DNA of 32,000 nt from contig CP126532.1 in NCBI GenBank assembly GCA_030167145.1, positions 2,820,001 to 2,852,000 of the forward strand, read 5' to 3'. A model generated the notes under the pieces. That model did no database searches. It was not told the DNA's origin and saw only the letters and a program-made list of their open reading frames with translations. Origin of the DNA: Ktedonobacterales bacterium (lineage in GTDB: Bacteria > Chloroflexota > Ktedonobacteria > Ktedonobacterales > JADMIN01). A program made the position numbers and the translations under genes. Numbering within the stretch: position 1 is the stretch's first letter; the number at the start of each line of letters is the position of its first letter. Positions 28,709 to 32,000 of this stretch are shown piece after piece.

Positions 28709-29977
28709 ATGGCGCGAGGGATGACGCGGGGGCTGCGCGCGACGCTGCTGGCGACGGCACTGCTGGATGAGCTTACGTTTGGGTTTCCGGTGGTGGCGCT
28801 GCCGTTGCTGCGCGATGCGTTGCGGTTGTCGTATGGACAGGCGGGGCTGATCTTCACGGTGGGGGCGCTCTCGGCGCTGGTGTTGGAGCCGGGGATCAAT
28901 CTGCTGAGCGACGGCGGCTCGAAGCGCTGGTTTGTGCTGGGGGGAATGCTGTGCGTGGCGGGTGCGTTTGCGCTGGCGGGGATGGCGACGAGCTACGCGC
29001 TGTTGCTGGTGGCGTTCGCGGTGTTGTATCCGGCGATTGGCGCGGCGGTGGGGCTGGCGCAGGCGGCGCTGATTGACGCGGAGCCAGGGGCGGTGGAGCG
29101 GACGATGGTGCGCTGGACGCTGATGTCGGGCGTTGGGGATCTGCTGGCGCCCCTGGTGGTGTCGGTAGCGTTGGTGGCAGGGCTAGGCTGGGGCGGCTTG
29201 TGCGTGGTGGCGGCGGGTGTGTGGCTTGTCGCGGCGGTGGTGGTGTGGCCGCAGCGGTTTTCGCGAGTTGGGGAGGCGGGTGAGGTGTCGGCAGAGGAGG
29301 ATGCGGGTGAGGGTGCGAAGGAGTCGTTGCTGGCGAGGCTGCGGGCGGTGGTGCGTGATGTGACGCTGCTGCGGTGGATTGGGGTGTTGGTGATGGCGAC
29401 GATGATGGATGAGGTGTTTTTGGGGTTCGCGGCGCTGTATTTGCATGACCGGCTGCATGCGAGCGAGGCGGCGGTGGCGGGGGTGATTGCGGTGGGAGTG
29501 GGCGGCGGATTGGCGGCGCTGATCGTGATGGATCGTATGCAGGGGCGCGTGGCGGGCGCGCGGCTGCTGCTGGCGATGGCGCTGGTGGCGCTGGCGGGGG
29601 TGGTGGTGCTGCTGACGGCGGGGACCCTCCTCGGAACCCCTCTTCGGAACGGCTCAGAGGGGCTTCGCGCTCGGAGGGGCCACTACGCAGCGCTGTGGGT
29701 GGCGGCGCTGGGGTTGCTGCTGGCGCAGGCGGGCGCGGCGGGGTGGTATCCGGTGGCGAAGGCCGGGGCGTATGCGAGGAGGCCGGGGCAATCGGGGCTG
29801 GTGCTGGCGGCTATCGGGTTGAGCGCGCCATTCGAGATTGCGCTGCCAGGGGTGGTGGGGCTGCTGGCGGGGCGATTCGGGATTGTGGTGGGATTGGGAT
29901 TTCTGGGGCTGGCGCCGCTGGGGGTGTTGTTGCTGGCGCCGAGGCTAACGCAAACCCAAACGAATATAGGCGGGTAA
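28709..29977 (+). CDS. MFS-type transporter
   Basis: About 12 hydrophobic helices. MARGMTRGLRATLLATALLDELTFGF... Start is uncertain: ORF maximum 28658, alternatives 28682 and 28709. Divergent from the esterase. Confidence 0.8.
   Translation: MARGMTRGLRATLLATALLDELTFGFPVVALPLLRDALRLSYGQAGLIFTVGALSALVLEPGINLLSDGGSKRWFVLGGMLCVAGAFALAGMATSYALLLVAFAVLYPAIGAAVGLAQAALIDAEPGAVERTMVRWTLMSGVGDLLAPLVVSVALVAGLGWGGLCVVAAGVWLVAAVVVWPQRFSRVGEAGEVSAEEDAGEGAKESLLARLRAVVRDVTLLRWIGVLVMATMMDEVFLGFAALYLHDRLHASEAAVAGVIAVGVGGGLAALIVMDRMQGRVAGARLLLAMALVALAGVVVLLTAGTLLGTPLRNGSEGLRARRGHYAALWVAALGLLLAQAGAAGWYPVAKAGAYARRPGQSGLVLAAIGLSAPFEIALPGVVGLLAGRFGIVVGLGFLGLAPLGVLLLAPRLTQTQTNIGG
29621..29686 (-). repeat. Rep-H: nested hairpin with minus-strand GTAG head, inside the MFS ORF
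   Basis: gggaccctcctcggaacccctcttcggaacggctcagaggggcttcgcgctcggaggggccactac. Inner stem CCCCTCT (29637-29643) / AGAGGGG (29656-29662); outer CCCTCC (29625-29630) / GGAGGG (29674-29679). Direct CTCGGAAC / CTTCGGAAC. Encodes GTLLGTPLRNGSEGLRARRGHY between hydrophobic helices. Single copy in the window, so repeat status is inferred from architecture only. Confidence 0.45.
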
Positions 29978-29981
29978 TGAC

Positions 29982-31481
29982 TCAGGCGGGGAGTTGGTCC
30001 GCGCCCCAGAGGACGACCTGATTGGAGCCATAGTCGAAAAGCGCGAGCTGCTTGCCGGTGGGGGACCAGGAGAGCTCGATTTGGTCTGGTGATGGGGGTT
30101 GCTGTGATGATAACGGGCGCTGGATGCTGAGCGTGGATAGCTCGTGGCCGGTGGTGGTATCGAAGAGGGAGATGCGTACAGTCACGGGTGTGGAAAAATC
30201 AGAGCCTATGCCGTTGTCAGCGGGGAGGATGGTGGCAAGGATTTTGCCGTTGGGACGCCAGGCGACAGGGAACGGCTGAAATGCGTACTGGACAATGTGC
30301 TGACCGTTGCTACTGAATACCTGAGGTGTTGCGGCGGCTTTGATGGCGGTGGCGAGTGCGGCGTCGGGATAGGGCATGATGGGGCCGGAGCAGTTGGGTT
30401 GAAGCGACGAGCTACAGGAGTGTGGGCCGAGGTTTCCAACTGGGAGGCCAGGGATGGGAGCAAGGCGCGCGGCGAGATGGAGAGGCATAGCGAGATAGCG
30501 CCCATCCGGCGACCAGATATACCCGGAGGAGGCGAAGACGGCACCGGCAAGTGGCAGAAGTGATGTGCTCGTGCCAGTGCTATCTACGGCCTCTATGGGC
30601 ATGACTGTGCCGGGCTGCCAGATGGGGAAAGTGGGCGCGGCAGGGGCGGTGACGATGGGGCTGCCGGTGTAGCTGCCGCTGGTGGGGTGAGTGGGCGCGG
30701 GCTGGGCAACGGTGATCTGGCCGCTGGCGCTCCATTGGTAGCTGAGCGCGGGCGGCAGGAGCGCGGGAAGCAGGGTGGGCACGCCGGTATGCAGATCCCA
30801 GATGACCGACTGGCCGAAGGCGGTGGTGAGCGTGGAGGTGAAGAGATGTGGCTTGCCGCTGTCGAGCGGATAGATCAACAAGGCGGGGCTGGGCTGCTGG
30901 GTGGTGGCGGTGTTGGAGGCGTCGAAGATGAGCGCTTTGCCGTCGGGCGACCAGACGAAATCGCCCGCCGTGCCCGGCGCGCCGAGACGCGAGAGCGTAG
31001 GCTGCGGGTCTACGGTGCGGAGGAGCGCGCCGGTGCGGGCGTCGAAGATGGCGACCATTTCGGATTGGGAGGCGCCAGGGTTGGGGCCGCAACCCTGGCG
31101 GGTGAGGGCGATGGCGACGCGTAAGCTGTCGGGGGACCAGGCGACCTGTTGCGGGCAGTAGAGGCGATTGCCGGTGAGGTCGAGGGCGAGCTGGCTGGGA
31201 ATGGGCGCGGGGGTGGCAGTGGCAGAGGCGGTAGCGGAGAGATGAGAGCCAGCACGGGTGTAGGCGAAGAGGCCAGCGGCGATGACGAGGATGGCAAGCA
31301 GCACGGCAGTGAGGGCGAGCCAGCGCGGATGTTTGCGCGTGGGCGGGCGCAGGTCGAGCGTGGGGGCGGTGGGGGCGGCGGGAGCGACTTCGGTGCTGAC
31401 GGGAGTATTCTGGCGGGCGAGCGCGCGCAGGGCATCGAGGCGGCGCTGCTGGTCATTTTTGGGTTGCTCGTGTGGCTCCAT
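29982..31481 (-). CDS. membrane-anchored PD40 (TolB-like) beta-propeller repeat protein
   Basis: ATG 31481 with AAGGAG 6 nt upstream (ORF maximum is GTG 31484). One TM (WLALTAVLLAILVIAAGLFAY), then five W-S/R-P-D/N/T-G motifs: VAWSPDSLRV, FVWSPDGKAL, YIWSPDGRYL, VAWRPNGKIL, LSWSPTGKQL. Confidence 0.8.
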   Translation of the reverse strand: MEPHEQPKNDQQRRLDALRALARQNTPVSTEVAPAAPTAPTLDLRPPTRKHPRWLALTAVLLAILVIAAGLFAYTRAGSHLSATASATATPAPIPSQLALDLTGNRLYCPQQVAWSPDSLRVAIALTRQGCGPNPGASQSEMVAIFDARTGALLRTVDPQPTLSRLGAPGTAGDFVWSPDGKALIFDASNTATTQQPSPALLIYPLDSGKPHLFTSTLTTAFGQSVIWDLHTGVPTLLPALLPPALSYQWSASGQITVAQPAPTHPTSGSYTGSPIVTAPAAPTFPIWQPGTVMPIEAVDSTGTSTSLLPLAGAVFASSGYIWSPDGRYLAMPLHLAARLAPIPGLPVGNLGPHSCSSSLQPNCSGPIMPYPDAALATAIKAAATPQVFSSNGQHIVQYAFQPFPVAWRPNGKILATILPADNGIGSDFSTPVTVRISLFDTTTGHELSTLSIQRPLSSQQPPSPDQIELSWSPTGKQLALFDYGSNQVVLWGADQLPA

Positions 31482-31581
31482 CACTCACTCCTTGGGGCAT
31501 TCGGGTATGCACTGGTCGTACTATTGTACAGCTAGTGCGTACCACTGAAAAGGCGTCTGTCAAACCCCGGCTGTACCAGGC

Positions 31582-31610
31582 GGCATCAGTAGTTTAGGGG
31601 CGCTGATGCC
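31582..31610 (-). terminator. hairpin downstream of the partial low-GC gene (weak terminator candidate)
   Basis: GGCATCAG (31582-31589) / CTGATGCC (31603-31610), 13-nt loop, 15 nt after the stop at 31626. No T-run on the minus strand. Confidence 0.3.
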
Positions 31611-31625
31611 ACCGTTGACGAACTG

Positions 31626-32000
31626 CTAGTAATTACCGCCGCATGTTCCGTAGTGTTCGATAGTACTGCCAGAAGGGTATAATCCGAACCATCCGTTTGC
31701 TGATGGCGCGGCATTGTAGGCGCCCGAATAGTAGTACTTGCCGGAAAATGAGCCGCTCGGTAGCGTGGCTGTTTGTTCGTTACCCTTGCTTCCGCAGTTG
31801 GCGGCGTCCACCTTCAGTGTAGCACCGTAATTCCCGGAGCCTGCGCTTATGGTCACTTTACTCCTGAAGTGATAGCACCAGGCGCCGAAATTGCTGTCGT
31901 ATGCTTGCTGAAGTTCGAGTTTTTCGGTGTACGGGGAGTCGGTCCAGTTATTCGTTACTATGGTTTGCCATCCATATGACTGGCATTCGGTGAGGTAGGG
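31626..32000 (-). CDS. hypothetical Cys-containing G/S/Y/N-rich protein (probably secreted); 5' end beyond window
   Basis: The track lists only 31626-31856. Hand translation shows the same frame stays open to nt 32000: ...PYLTECQSYGWQTIVTNNWTDSPYTEKLELQQAYDSNFGAWCYHFRSKVTISAGSGNYGATLKVDAANCGSKGNEQTATLPSGSFSGKYYYSGAYNAAPSANGWFGLYPSGSTIEHYGTCGGNY*. Markedly lower GC than neighbours. Confidence 0.6.
   Translation of the reverse strand, partial: PYLTECQSYGWQTIVTNNWTDSPYTEKLELQQAYDSNFGAWCYHFRSKVTISAGSGNYGATLKVDAANCGSKGNEQTATLPSGSFSGKYYYSGAYNAAPSANGWFGLYPSGSTIEHYGTCGGNY

Overview
High-GC bacterial chromosomal window with strong AAGGAG-type Shine-Dalgarno sites. It is gene-dense, and 7.5-20.7 kb is one long minus-strand run. 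I call 26 CDS, one truncated IS5-family transposase and one tRNA-Arg(TCG). The CDS include an ArsR-MFS-MFS operon plus two further MFS transporters, and two GT-C-type membrane glycosyltransferases. There is a NarL-type two-component pair with a PDZ-like polytopic sensor, and a large orphan PAS/GAF histidine kinase. Smaller units are a translationally coupled NlpC/P60 + class-A beta-lactamase-like pair, a gamma-carbonic-anhydrase-like protein next to a hotdog thioesterase, a TetR/DoxX divergent pair, a Fes-like esterase/MFS divergent pair and a PD40 propeller protein. A visibly lower-GC five-gene cluster encodes a BNR propeller, a 5TM-cupredoxin and three small membrane proteins. I found no CRISPR array, prophage, integrase, toxin-antitoxin pair or recognisable defence system. 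The most unusual content is a dense population of short hairpin/palindromic repeats, at least six families and about 25 copies, nearly all in one orientation. Two families have the GT[AG]G-head-plus-imperfect-palindrome architecture of REP/RAYT elements. Several families lie inside long ORFs without breaking the frame (GT-C enzyme, beta-lactamase-like protein, Fes-like esterase, an MFS), reminiscent of Rickettsia palindromic elements. A 1-kb gene-free stretch (4945-5985) next to the IS remnant carries a 9-bp iteron-like array, a 10-bp tandem repeat, and a promoter-like/terminator-like pair that could define a small RNA or a leader for the downstream MFS gene. All family names come from motif recognition by eye; no database search was possible. 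Taxonomy is not determinable here. The repeat style vaguely recalls Chloroflexota-type genomes, but that is a guess.
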